A stretch of DNA of 64,000 nucleotides from an uncultured Gemmatimonadales bacterium (GCA_963783305.1 CAWAMW010000002.1:768001-832000); one strand, 5' to 3'; positions 9,079 through 18,456 are shown, numbered from the stretch's first letter. Notes: generated by a model from the letters alone, not told the origin. Made by a program: numbers and translations.

Positions 9079-11001
9079 TTACCGCAGGGGCAGGCGCGTG
9101 ATCCCCGGCAGGGTTGGCACCACCAGACCGTCGCCCACTCCAAAGCCACCGGGAAGATCGATGGGCAGCCTCCCGGTGATCGGGATCTCGCCCATCAGCG
9201 CGCGCACCGCCGCCTCCTGGCTGACGTCCGCCCGATCCCACGCCAGCATGTACGTCCCGGCGGCCGGGACCTGGCGGATCAGGTACGGGTCTCCGAACGA
9301 CACGACCGGGGCTCCCCAGAGCGCGAGCTCCGTCGCCAGCGCCACGATGGCCTCGGGCAGGCCGAGAGCGCCCTTCCACGGCACCGCGCGAGAGAAGCTG
9401 GCGAAGACCGTCACGTCGGCTGCGGCCGCCGCCTCCCGCGCCCGTTGGAGCGCCGCTTCCCCCGATCCGCGCGACAGCCGGACCGCCTGCACGCGCGCAC
9501 CACGATCGGCCAGCGCTCGCTCGAAGACCCGCCCGGCCGTGTGATCCCGGGCATCGTCGTAGATGACCACGAGCACCGTTTGGTCCTTTACGCTCAGCGG
9601 GAGCGACCGTGAGTCCGCCACCGGAACGGTGATGGATCGTTCCGCTACCCGCCGCGCCCACGCCCCGTGGTCTGAACGGCCGACCTGCGCCAGGATCACT
9701 CCCAGGTTCGTTCGCCGTTCGCGGCTCAGACCGGCCGCCGCCTTGGCCATGAGCACCCGTCGCACCGATCGGTCGATGCGCTCCTCGCTCAGGTCGCCCC
9801 GCCGCACCGCCCGCACCACCGCGTCGATGGCCTCGGCCTCGTCCGGCGGCATCAGCAGGATGTCCGCCCCCGCCAGGATCGCCGCCACCGCCACGGCACC
9901 CGTTCGGCCTGAGCCCTTCACCCCGTCCATGTGCAGCGCATCCGTCACCACCAGCCCTTCGAACCCCAGCTCGTGACGCAGCAGGTCGGTGAGGATCGGA
10001 GGCGAAAGCGTGGCCGGGCGCGGGCGGGCTCCGGGGTCGAGGAGCGGCAGCGCCACGTGCGCCGTCATCACGCCCTCCACACCGCCAGCGATGGCCGCCC
10101 GGAAGGGTCGGAGCTCCACCTCCTCCAGACGAAACCGGTCCACGTCCAGCACCGGCAGATCCAGATGCGAGTCGGTCTCCGTATCTCCGTGTCCCGGAAA
10201 GTGCTTCACCACCGTCATGAGACCGGCGCTCCGAGCACCCTCGATGAAGGCCACCACCCGGTCCGATACCTGTCCGGGATCGCTCCCGTACGAGCGCGTG
10301 TTGATAACCGGGTTCTCCGGATTCACGTTTACATCCGCCACGGGCGCGAACGCCATGTGCACGCCCGCCGCACGAGCTTCCAGCGCCGTGATCCGGCCCG
10401 CCTCGTACGCCAGCTCCGCCCGACCGGCCGCCGCCACCGCCATGTTGATCGGCAGCACCGTCGCGCCCCGTAGCCGCGTCCCCGGCCCCCACTCCAGATC
10501 CGCCGTCACCAGCAGCGGCAGCAACGACCGCTCCTGGAGCTCGTTCAGCCACGCCGCCGTCTCATGGCCTGAACCCACACCCACAATGAGCCCCCCGACC
10601 TTCGCCCGCTCCACCAGCCGCACCGCTCGCTTCCAACGGGCTCCACCCACCTCGGGCCGTCCGCCCTCGATGTACGAGATGACCAGCTGCCCGACCTTCT
10701 CCTCCAGCGTCAGGCCCGCCGCCGTCCGCTCGATCCATAGCCAGTCTTCCGCGCGCAGGCGTTCGCTCAGCGCCGCATCCGGCGCGAACTCCGGGTCCTT
10801 CGCGGCCTCGCTACTCCCCTCGGCCTCCGGCGATGCCGCATCCAGCCATGCCGGTTCCACACCCTCCGGCGCCGCCACCTCGGACTGCCACTCGGGTGCT
10901 TCCGTCCAGTCGTCCCGACCCAGCGGGCCGTCCTGTGACACCGGCGTGCCAATTTGCGCGGCCAGCGCCAGAAAGGTGAATGCCGTTGCGGGTAGAATCA
11001 C
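9079..11001 (-). CDS. Glycoside hydrolase family 3, beta-N-acetylhexosaminidase (NagZ-like), secreted
   Basis: TLEEKVGQL, FAPVADVN.NP.NPVINTRS, KHFPGHGDTETDSH, VVTDAL.M; GTG start after GAGAGG. Confidence 0.9.
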   Translation of the reverse strand: MILPATAFTFLALAAQIGTPVSQDGPLGRDDWTEAPEWQSEVAAPEGVEPAWLDAASPEAEGSSEAAKDPEFAPDAALSERLRAEDWLWIERTAAGLTLEEKVGQLVISYIEGGRPEVGGARWKRAVRLVERAKVGGLIVGVGSGHETAAWLNELQERSLLPLLVTADLEWGPGTRLRGATVLPINMAVAAAGRAELAYEAGRITALEARAAGVHMAFAPVADVNVNPENPVINTRSYGSDPGQVSDRVVAFIEGARSAGLMTVVKHFPGHGDTETDSHLDLPVLDVDRFRLEEVELRPFRAAIAGGVEGVMTAHVALPLLDPGARPRPATLSPPILTDLLRHELGFEGLVVTDALHMDGVKGSGRTGAVAVAAILAGADILLMPPDEAEAIDAVVRAVRRGDLSEERIDRSVRRVLMAKAAAGLSRERRTNLGVILAQVGRSDHGAWARRVAERSITVPVADSRSLPLSVKDQTVLVVIYDDARDHTAGRVFERALADRGARVQAVRLSRGSGEAALQRAREAAAAADVTVFASFSRAVPWKGALGLPEAIVALATELALWGAPVVSFGDPYLIRQVPAAGTYMLAWDRADVSQEAAVRALMGEIPITGRLPIDLPGGFGVGDGLVVPTLPGITRLPLR

Positions 11002-11191
11002 GGACCTCTCGAGGTGCAGGAAACCGACATGCCAGCATCTCCGGAACGGGAAACCGGAGGCGCTCACCTTAATCTCTACCCGGCGGACCCGCGCGCAAGT
11101 TCCGCTACCCCCCGGGTGACAAACCGGCCGGGACCCTGCTGCGTCCCGGCCGACGGCGGCTAACCCCCGTTGATCCCAGCGAGTTACGCTC

Positions 11192-11220
11192 TTGACACCC
11201 CGCCCGGCCCCATCCACCTT
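11192..11220 (+). promoter_or_regulatory. Putative sigma70 promoter
   Basis: Perfect TTGACA (11192-11197), 17-bp spacer, weak -10 CACCTT; lies in the divergent intergenic region. Confidence 0.45.
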
Positions 11221-11348
11221 ACCTGACCGACCCTTCAGGAACACACTGAGATCGGGTGGCGTGCGGCGCCGGCCGCAGCAGCAGCGGCAGCCACGCTTTC
11301 CTCCGAACAGAGCCGAACAAAACCGTGGATGGCAGGCGACGACAGCCC

Positions 11349-12128
11349 GTGACGCACCCCGATATCGCGGTCGAGGCCGAGTCGCTCGTCCGTGCATTAC
11401 GAGGGGTCACCTGCGCCCGAATTCGCAGCTCCGACCACGGAATCGAGAGCATCCACGTCACCGCCAGCGATGACGACGCAGCCACTCACATGGCCGCCCA
11501 CGTCCGGTCAGCACTCCTCGCCGGACTCGCCGCACCCGTCACCCCCGCTCGCATCCACATCGTTGTGGCCCCGAACGACGAGCAGAGCGCGCCCACGGCG
11601 CCGCCCTCCGACGATCGGCTCCAGCTCCTCCGTTCCGACACGACTCCACAGCAGACGCTACCACAGCCCGATGCGCCCGCGTCCGGGGATGTGGACGCGG
11701 AAGACCGCCTCAATCCGCCCGGAGACCACGGCGACCCCGAAGCAGCGACCGAACGCCCCATCACGGCCCGCCCGCGACTCGTGGCCGTCGACACCGACCA
11801 CCCCGGCGGTGGCCGCGTGATCTGCCGCGTATCGATCGCTTACGGCACTCGCGTCCACCGCGCCGAGGCTGTCGCCGTCGACCTGCCCGGCTCCGCCGCT
11901 CAGGCCGCCGCCCAGGCCGCCGTCCGCGCACTCATCGACGCAGGCTTCACCGGCATCGAGCTCTGCGGACTGCGCGAAGTCGAGATCGCCGGCCGCGACT
12001 ACGTCCTCGTAGCACTCCGACGTACCGAGCCCTTCACGCGGACCCGCTCCGGCAGCGCACCCATCGTCGGGTCCGCCGAGCGCTCCGCCGCCGAGGCGAC
12101 CGTCGCCGCGGCCCACGAACTGTCATGA
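11349..12128 (+). CDS. Hypothetical protein (two alpha/beta domains joined by a Pro/acidic linker)
   Basis: Coding-like codon bias; LRGVTCARI..IESIHV...VRSALLA N-domain and AAQAAAQAAVRAL...AEATVAA C-domain; start uncertain. Confidence 0.75.
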   Translation: MTHPDIAVEAESLVRALRGVTCARIRSSDHGIESIHVTASDDDAATHMAAHVRSALLAGLAAPVTPARIHIVVAPNDEQSAPTAPPSDDRLQLLRSDTTPQQTLPQPDAPASGDVDAEDRLNPPGDHGDPEAATERPITARPRLVAVDTDHPGGGRVICRVSIAYGTRVHRAEAVAVDLPGSAAQAAAQAAVRALIDAGFTGIELCGLREVEIAGRDYVLVALRRTEPFTRTRSGSAPIVGSAERSAAEATVAAAHELS

Positions 12129-12309
12129 TCGATCCGACGCGTCGGCCGCAACGCCGACCCGACCCGAACATCACCAACTAAAGGAGCCCCCCGCCGGCGG
12201 AAAACATCAGCGAAGTACTCAGCGGACACCAGCAGGACCCAGCGGAGCGTTCGCGGCCCACCATTAGCGGATCGAGGCCGACGCACACGCGAAAGGAGGT
12301 GACGCTGAC

Positions 12310-12378
12310 ATGGAGCTAATTCTTCGCCTGATCGCGGCCGTAGTCTCGCTGTTGGGGGCAGGCCAACTGACAGTATAA
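12310..12378 (+). CDS. Unannotated 22-aa hydrophobic peptide MELILRLIAAVVSLLGAGQLTV
   Basis: AAAGGAGGTGA Shine-Dalgarno at 12292-12302, ATG at 12310, TAA at 12376-12378; below the ORF-track size cutoff. Confidence 0.75.
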   Translation: MELILRLIAAVVSLLGAGQLTV

Positions 12379-12410
12379 GTAGGGCTGGGGGTTCCTTTTT
12401 ATTTTTGCCG

Positions 12411-13754
12411 ATGCCAAAACCGCTCACTTTCTTTATAACCGGCCTGACCGCTGCGGCTGTTTCCTTCGTTTTGCTGTTGGACTGGGCACCTCTTGTCAGC
12501 TTCACCCCTACCGAGATCGGTGGGCTCGCCACCTTTGTGGCTCTGGCGGTGCTCTCTCAGGCAATGGCGGTCGACTCCGTGGTTGGAGTGGCCAAGCCGG
12601 TGAAGTCGTCAATTGCCTTTCTACCGCTACTGGCATTGGCCGTCGTATTCCCTCCCGTCGCTGTGGTTATCGCTGCTGGGGGCATGTTCGTGGTGAACGA
12701 ACTGGTCCTTCGCAGGGATAGGATCTGGATGCGGGCTGCGTTTAACATCAGCCAAATCGTCCTGTCGTACGGGTGCGCCAGCTGGTTATTTCACCGGCTA
12801 TACTGGGTGAACTCCGCAGGCGCTGAAACTCTGTTTGATGGTGGCCTGGCCGCCATCTTTGTCCCGTTCTACGCCCTCGCGTTCACATTTTTCGGCCTGA
12901 ATCTGCTGGTTGTCGGCGCTTACATCGCCATTCGGGACAAGCAGCCATACTGGCGGATCATCCAGGAATCAGCAGGAAGCGGTGGTGGGAACCTCTTTTA
13001 TGATCTTTTGGCCAGCCCGGTTGCTCTCTTCGCGGCATACCTGTATGTCAACATGAAGGTCGCTGGGCTACTCGGCTTTGTTCTGCCACTTCTTCTTATC
13101 AGGCACTCCTATCTCGCAGCCATGCAGTTGGAGAAGGCGAACCGGGACCTACTGCAGGTGCTGATCAAGGCTATCGAGACGAGGGATCCGTACACATCAG
13201 GGCATTCCCTCCGCGTGTCTACCCTGGCAAAGATGATTGCGGAAGACCATGGCTTGCGGGCGTCAATCGTTAATGATATCGAGAACGCCGCTCTCCTGCA
13301 CGATGTAGGCAAAATCGATGCACTCTATTCGGATATCATTGCAAAAGACTCTAGCCTTTCGGAAGAGGAACTTGACATAATCAAGACTCATGCTGCTACG
13401 GGCGCCGATCTCCTACAAAGTTTGACCTCCTTGGACCGTCAGATCGTCGTTGGCGTTCGCCACCACCACGAACGGTACGACGGGACCGGGTATCCGGACC
13501 GACTACAAGGGAAATCGATCCCTCTCGCGGCTCGCATTATCATGCTGTGCGATTCAATCGACGCAATGTTATCCGATCGACCCTACCGCGCTGCTCTGCC
13601 TGTGCAGCATGTTCGATCGGAACTCATCCGCTGCTCAGGCAGTCAATTCGACCCTGACCTCGTGCGGACAATTTTGAACAACAACACGCTCGAACGGGCT
13701 GCCTTCCTTGCCGACAGGTCTGGGGCACGTACGCCCGTACGGGTCGTAGGCTGA
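12411..13754 (+). CDS. Membrane-bound HD-GYP cyclic-dinucleotide phosphodiesterase (multi-TM N-terminal sensor)
   Basis: About 7 TM segments, then ETRDPYTSGHSLRVS, LLHDVGKI, HHHERYDGTGYP, DSIDAMLSDRPYR, QFDP. Confidence 0.92.
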   Translation: MPKPLTFFITGLTAAAVSFVLLLDWAPLVSFTPTEIGGLATFVALAVLSQAMAVDSVVGVAKPVKSSIAFLPLLALAVVFPPVAVVIAAGGMFVVNELVLRRDRIWMRAAFNISQIVLSYGCASWLFHRLYWVNSAGAETLFDGGLAAIFVPFYALAFTFFGLNLLVVGAYIAIRDKQPYWRIIQESAGSGGGNLFYDLLASPVALFAAYLYVNMKVAGLLGFVLPLLLIRHSYLAAMQLEKANRDLLQVLIKAIETRDPYTSGHSLRVSTLAKMIAEDHGLRASIVNDIENAALLHDVGKIDALYSDIIAKDSSLSEEELDIIKTHAATGADLLQSLTSLDRQIVVGVRHHHERYDGTGYPDRLQGKSIPLAARIIMLCDSIDAMLSDRPYRAALPVQHVRSELIRCSGSQFDPDLVRTILNNNTLERAAFLADRSGARTPVRVVG

Positions 13755-13937
13755 CGCAGCCCTTTTTAAGTTAGCTGCACCGCCTAAGCTGTCCCAGACC
13801 GAGACAAGCGCCTCTATAGGCCACAGAATTGTTCTACGACTCCCCTCGTAGCGAATTGTCTCAAGTGGCTATCGGTTCCCTTAGACAATTGTGCAACATT
13901 ACACCAGTCGCGAGATCTCGTCTCAGGTGGGGTTCCC

Positions 13938-16900
13938 ATGGTGGTTCAGAGTCTATGCAGTTGCACCTTGTTGGGTAGGTGTACGCTGCAATACGCCGGT
14001 AAATGCATTTATTTCAGCCCCAAGCATGTGGCGCTTATCGCCAGGCTCGCGACCTCGAGAACTCGGAGTTGTAGCAGAGCCGTTCTTGCGCGAGAGCTCT
14101 GGCCGGCGTCGGATGACAGCGATGGTCGGCACAGTTTAAGTCAGGCGATTTACCGACTTCGGTCCCTGACTCACGCCTCGCTAATTGAGGCAGATTCGGA
14201 AGTCGTCACTCTAGGAGCAATTACCACAGACATCGAGGCATTCTGCTCTCACCACGGGCTCGGTCGGTGGAAGGAGGCAGCAGAAGTGTACGGTGGCTCG
14301 CTCTTAGAGACGGTGGAATTGGATGAATGCGTCGATATTTCCCACTGGGTTGAATCCACAGCGGCTCATTATCGACTGATGGCGGAGGATGTGCTCGATG
14401 GCCTTTGCGCTGACGGAGAATGGGCACCCGCCCTTAAGTTGTCGGACACTCTCTTAGAGAAGGACAACGAAGATCCGCGGCTTCATGCTCTGCGGCTTCG
14501 GGCTATCGGGGAGTTGAACGGCGAGGAAGCAGCGGCAGCCGCTTTTCGCGCTGCTGATCTTTCCGATCGAGGTGCAGTTTACGAACTCTGGCGCAACCTA
14601 TCGGGGATGGCCGGTGACACCAGGCGCAGTTCCCCGATATTTGTAGGGCGCAATACCGAACTGGCCCAACTTGAAAGGGAACTCTCCTGCGTCAAATCCG
14701 AAGGGACTCGGGCAGTCCTCTTGGACGGCGACGCAGGAATAGGCAAGACGGCCCTCTTGAATCGATTCGTCAAGACACGCGTAATCAGAGGCGATATTGC
14801 GCTCGTCGCTTCTTCGTCTGAGGCAGAACAAAAGGTACCGTTTGGCGTTTTAGACCAGTGGCTCCAAGCAATTCCTGATCGGCTATTGGCCCGCCACTAC
14901 GACGCCCCCTGGTGGCCCGTTCTCTGTGGCTTGTTCCCTTCACTATCAGCCAAACACGAGGCACAACTTGTTGACCCGGTTGAGCACCGGAGGCTTCTTG
15001 AGGCCTTGCGACGCCTTTTCGCCGCGCTCGCCGACAATAATGTGCTTTTGATTTCGGTGGACGATGCGCACTTCGCCGACTCCGCGTCCTTGGCGTTTCT
15101 CTCCTACCTAATCGGCAAAGAGCGGGAGGCCCCCATAATGCTGCTGTTGGCGCGGCGGAGTAGGGCAAGCGGAGGACTGGAGTCACTCGTCGACCGCTAC
15201 TCAGCAACCCGAATAGCTCTGGACCCGCTTTCTGAAGCAGATATCGATCTGTGGCTGCGTAAAGTCCGCATTGGAGACGAGGGACGCCGCAATGACTCTG
15301 TTTCAAGTCTCGTATTAAGAACCGGAGGAAGCCCCCTCCTGATCGCGGCCCTCCTTGAAGGCCAACGCGATCTGCCTCCGGAGCATCTGCCTGCGACTGT
15401 CATGGAGTACTACAGGCCGATCCTACTTAGCCTATCGCCGACGTCGAATTCAATTCTGGTCGCAATTTCTATTATTGGAGAACACGTCGCTCGCGATATA
15501 CTTGCGAGTATCGTTGGGTTGTCCGGCACTGCCACTGCCAGTGCCTGCACCGAGTTGTTGCAGGCTGGGCTTATAGTGATCGGGCCTGAGGGTGTTGTTG
15601 GGCTTAGGCATGGTATTGTGGGAGAGGTCGCTCTTTCGTTGGCGACTGAACCCGAGCAGCGCCGGATCCACGGGCGCACCGCACGCTTGTATGAGCACCG
15701 CCGCCCTGCTGGTACCGCAATCGCAGCTGTTTCCCATGACATCGCAGGCAACAAAACGGCCGCTTTCACTGCGGCCAAGCGAGCAGCGCAGGCTTGCGCT
15801 GTTCTTAACGCACACAGTGAGCGTCTGTTCTTCCTTAAGCTGGCAATTGCGAATGCTCCTAATTCAGATGAGGCCGCCGGTCAAAGGGTCGCCTTAGCGG
15901 AAGTTCTACTGACATTGGGTCGTCCAGGAGAGGCACTGGAATCTTTGAACGAGAAACTGGTTCAAGGGGCAGCTTTGCAAACGAACGTGCGCGTGCAAGT
16001 CCAGCGACTCTCTGCGAGACTCGCACTCGCAGGAACGGCCGAGGAAGTTGAGCAATGCTGGTTTCAGGCGCAGTCATTGGCCAGAGCAACTAGCACGCCT
16101 ATGGTAGCTCGGCTGTACTCCGACATTGCAGGCGCGGCTCACGACCTCGGCAACGACACACTTGCGGGTCAGATTTTGGACAAAACGCGCAACATTGTTG
16201 AGGACCTGCCTGCTTCGATCGCGCGTTCCGAACTCCTCCTTCGCCCAATTAGGCTTACAGGAGTAACTGACGATTGCGATCGGGCCTTCCGTGAACTCGA
16301 AGCCTTGCCGCCCGCCAACGCAACAGCGATCGAGTATAAGTGCAAACTACACGCAACGAAGGGCATTCTTTTAATGTCGGCGGGCAAACCTGCTGCGGCG
16401 GAACGGGAGTTTTCGGAAGCTCTTTTTATTGCTGAGCGTCACGGACTCTACGACAACCTCTTTATGCTCTACAACAATTTAGGCGTTTGCCTCATTGAAC
16501 AGGGTAAGTATATAGATGCGGAATCCCAAATATCGCGAGCAGGGGACTACGCGTCATTCGACACATACCCTGCCCAATACTCACTCGTTTCGGATAACCG
16601 CGCCGTTTTGTATTACGAGACTGGCCGCTATCAGGAGCTTCTCTTTATCGCACAGGACGGCTTGCGAGGAGGGAAGACCAAGGGCCGGCGCAGCCTTCTT
16701 CACACGTACATCATGATTGGACTTGCCGAACTCTCAATCGGTCGTCTGGGAAAAGCCCGCGAGGCTGAGCGAGAAGCCCGCCTTCTTCAGTCAGACAGTC
16801 ATCCTCTCAGGTCGGACTCCTCCTATATACACATTTTTGCTGCAAGAATGCGGGTGGCAAGTGAGCATCCTTACGAGGCAGTCGAGTACCTGGAGGCTCG

Positions 16901-17099
16901 AGCCGGTGACAACATGCGAACACTCGTACTGTCGCGCTGGCGGCTCGAAATCGAAGCCTTTCGCATCCGGTCTTCTATGGGACTCCCTATCCCGGGCATC
17001 GAGCGGCTCCTTGGACAACTTAACGGATCGGGGGCGGAGCCCCTGATCGAGCGCGCGCAAACTCTGCACAGACGGGTTGAGCGCAGCGCAATTTGCTAG
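13938..17099 (+). CDS. SARP-type (wHTH + BTAD) transcriptional regulator fused to a STAND/AAA ATPase and TPR repeats
   Basis: LLG..., SRAVLARELWP...SLSQAIYRLR, AEVYGGSLL, FVGRNTEL, Walker A GDAGIGKT, Walker B SVDDAHFAD, TPR LYNNLGVCLIEQGKY. Confidence 0.85.
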   Translation: MVVQSLCSCTLLGRCTLQYAGKCIYFSPKHVALIARLATSRTRSCSRAVLARELWPASDDSDGRHSLSQAIYRLRSLTHASLIEADSEVVTLGAITTDIEAFCSHHGLGRWKEAAEVYGGSLLETVELDECVDISHWVESTAAHYRLMAEDVLDGLCADGEWAPALKLSDTLLEKDNEDPRLHALRLRAIGELNGEEAAAAAFRAADLSDRGAVYELWRNLSGMAGDTRRSSPIFVGRNTELAQLERELSCVKSEGTRAVLLDGDAGIGKTALLNRFVKTRVIRGDIALVASSSEAEQKVPFGVLDQWLQAIPDRLLARHYDAPWWPVLCGLFPSLSAKHEAQLVDPVEHRRLLEALRRLFAALADNNVLLISVDDAHFADSASLAFLSYLIGKEREAPIMLLLARRSRASGGLESLVDRYSATRIALDPLSEADIDLWLRKVRIGDEGRRNDSVSSLVLRTGGSPLLIAALLEGQRDLPPEHLPATVMEYYRPILLSLSPTSNSILVAISIIGEHVARDILASIVGLSGTATASACTELLQAGLIVIGPEGVVGLRHGIVGEVALSLATEPEQRRIHGRTARLYEHRRPAGTAIAAVSHDIAGNKTAAFTAAKRAAQACAVLNAHSERLFFLKLAIANAPNSDEAAGQRVALAEVLLTLGRPGEALESLNEKLVQGAALQTNVRVQVQRLSARLALAGTAEEVEQCWFQAQSLARATSTPMVARLYSDIAGAAHDLGNDTLAGQILDKTRNIVEDLPASIARSELLLRPIRLTGVTDDCDRAFRELEALPPANATAIEYKCKLHATKGILLMSAGKPAAAEREFSEALFIAERHGLYDNLFMLYNNLGVCLIEQGKYIDAESQISRAGDYASFDTYPAQYSLVSDNRAVLYYETGRYQELLFIAQDGLRGGKTKGRRSLLHTYIMIGLAELSIGRLGKAREAEREARLLQSDSHPLRSDSSYIHIFAARMRVASEHPYEAVEYLEARAGDNMRTLVLSRWRLEIEAFRIRSSMGLPIPGIERLLGQLNGSGAEPLIERAQTLHRRVERSAIC

Positions 17100-17848
17100 C
17101 GCTGCTCACCGCGGATCCATGCTTCGACGATCCATTCCCAGCCCAGGTGCTCTCGAATGAATGTGGGGCGGTAGCCGGTGAGTCGCTTCATGGCGTTGCT
17201 CATGGTGAAGCCGTCGCTGTAGCCGAACCGGACGGAGACCCGGTTGATGCTGAGGCGGGTGTTCTGGATCTGTATGGCGACGTGCAGGACGCGCGCGAAC
17301 TGCAGCCAGTGTGAAGGCACGGGCAGGTCGCGCTCCTGAAAGAACCGCCCGAGTGTGCGCCGTGACTGGCACATCCGCGCGGCCAGCCGGTCGATGCTGC
17401 TCACGTGGGGCGCCGCACTGAAGATGGTTTCGACCACCTCTCGAGTCGCCTCGTCCTGGACCACGCCCGAGTCTTCCAGCTGATCGGCCACAGCCGCCGG
17501 CAGCGCTGTAGGAGGTGAGGCCAGCAGCGTCCCCAGCGCATGGGCGAGCCCGCGGCCGGCAGATGGGATCACGGCCCGCGGACGCGTATCGGGAATGTGG
17601 CGCAGGATGGACGCAATCGACGCGATGTCCTCGGGTTGCGGAAGCACGATGAACAGCGGCAGCCACGCCGGCCGAGCGCGCACCCATTCCAGCTCGGGGT
17701 AGATGCTGCCCTCCGGCGCCATGAACCACACGGCAGACCCACCGGGCTCGGGTTCGTGAGGGGACCAGCCCAGCTGAACGGGCTCGTAGCTCCGATAGGG
17801 GGGACAGAAGCGGAAGAGTCCCTGTCTGGGTAGTGTTTCGCGTCGCAT
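17096..17848 (-). CDS. AraC/XylS-type HTH regulator
   Basis: C-terminal SIDRLAARMCQSRRTLGRFF...FGYSDGFTMSNAMKRLTGYRP; GGAGG RBS. Confidence 0.85.
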   Translation of the reverse strand: MRRETLPRQGLFRFCPPYRSYEPVQLGWSPHEPEPGGSAVWFMAPEGSIYPELEWVRARPAWLPLFIVLPQPEDIASIASILRHIPDTRPRAVIPSAGRGLAHALGTLLASPPTALPAAVADQLEDSGVVQDEATREVVETIFSAAPHVSSIDRLAARMCQSRRTLGRFFQERDLPVPSHWLQFARVLHVAIQIQNTRLSINRVSVRFGYSDGFTMSNAMKRLTGYRPTFIREHLGWEWIVEAWIRGEQR

Positions 17849-17979
17849 GATGCCTCCGGCGGTTCTGAGGGGTGAAACCAAGCTCACACGCCGGTATCAA
17901 CGAGCTATCAACAATACCCGTTCACCCCGAGCCCGCCGGGACCTCCTCGCTGAGTCTGGAACGGTTCTTCCCGTATGGA

Positions 17980-17995
17980 TATCCGTAATCGGATA
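17980..17995. promoter_or_regulatory. Perfect 6-4-6 inverted repeat TATCCG-TAAT-CGGATA, candidate operator
   Basis: Read directly; lies in the divergent region between the AraC gene and the 18024 ORF. Confidence 0.4.
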
Positions 17996-18023
17996 GCAAC
18001 GGGGAGCGCGAAAGGAGCGTCAA

Positions 18024-18440
18024 ATGAGCGGTTCGAGCGCGCCTGGCGAGGCGAACAGATCGACGGGGGAGAACGGATCGGGGCGTTCTGCGGGAGAGGA
18101 GCGCCTGACTCTGCTCATGGAGGAATTTCAGCGAAGGCAGGCGGAGCGACCGGAGCTGGTGGTACGGCCATGGTGGATATCCGGCAGCCGGGGCGACGAT
18201 GGCGACGCCCCCCGTCGCATCACGGGGTTCGTGGTGGAGTACTGCCCGCGGGGTGTGGAGAGCGCGGAACTGGCGATCCGACCGGATCGTGTGCGTGTGG
18301 AGGGCCCGCGCGGCTTGCGAGAAGCGCCGCTCGACCTCGAGGCCGGCTGGCGTCTGGCGGGGCGGGACGTAAGCTGTCCACGCCTCATGACCAACCACCT
18401 TCTTTCCATGGCGGATCGGCTGCTGGGCGAAGCTGCGTAG
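18024..18440 (+). CDS. Hypothetical protein
   Basis: AAAGGAG RBS, 138-aa ORF with plausible composition. Confidence 0.65.
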   Translation: MSGSSAPGEANRSTGENGSGRSAGEERLTLLMEEFQRRQAERPELVVRPWWISGSRGDDGDAPRRITGFVVEYCPRGVESAELAIRPDRVRVEGPRGLREAPLDLEAGWRLAGRDVSCPRLMTNHLLSMADRLLGEAA

Positions 18441-18456
18441 GCGGTGCCGATCCTGG

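Noticed and set aside
11220..11345. c-di-GMP riboswitch in the leader of the 11349 gene
   Set aside because: Could not match the GEMM-I or GEMM-II consensus by eye; an Rfam scan would settle it.
12310..12378. AgrD or RiPP precursor
   Set aside because: No Cys or AgrD-like charged tail, and no AgrB or modifying enzyme nearby; kept only as a generic signalling-peptide candidate.
12300..17100. Prophage, integrative element or Avs/STAND antiphage system
   Set aside because: No mobility genes. The ATPase has an N-terminal wHTH-BTAD typical of transcription regulators and no nuclease or other effector domain.
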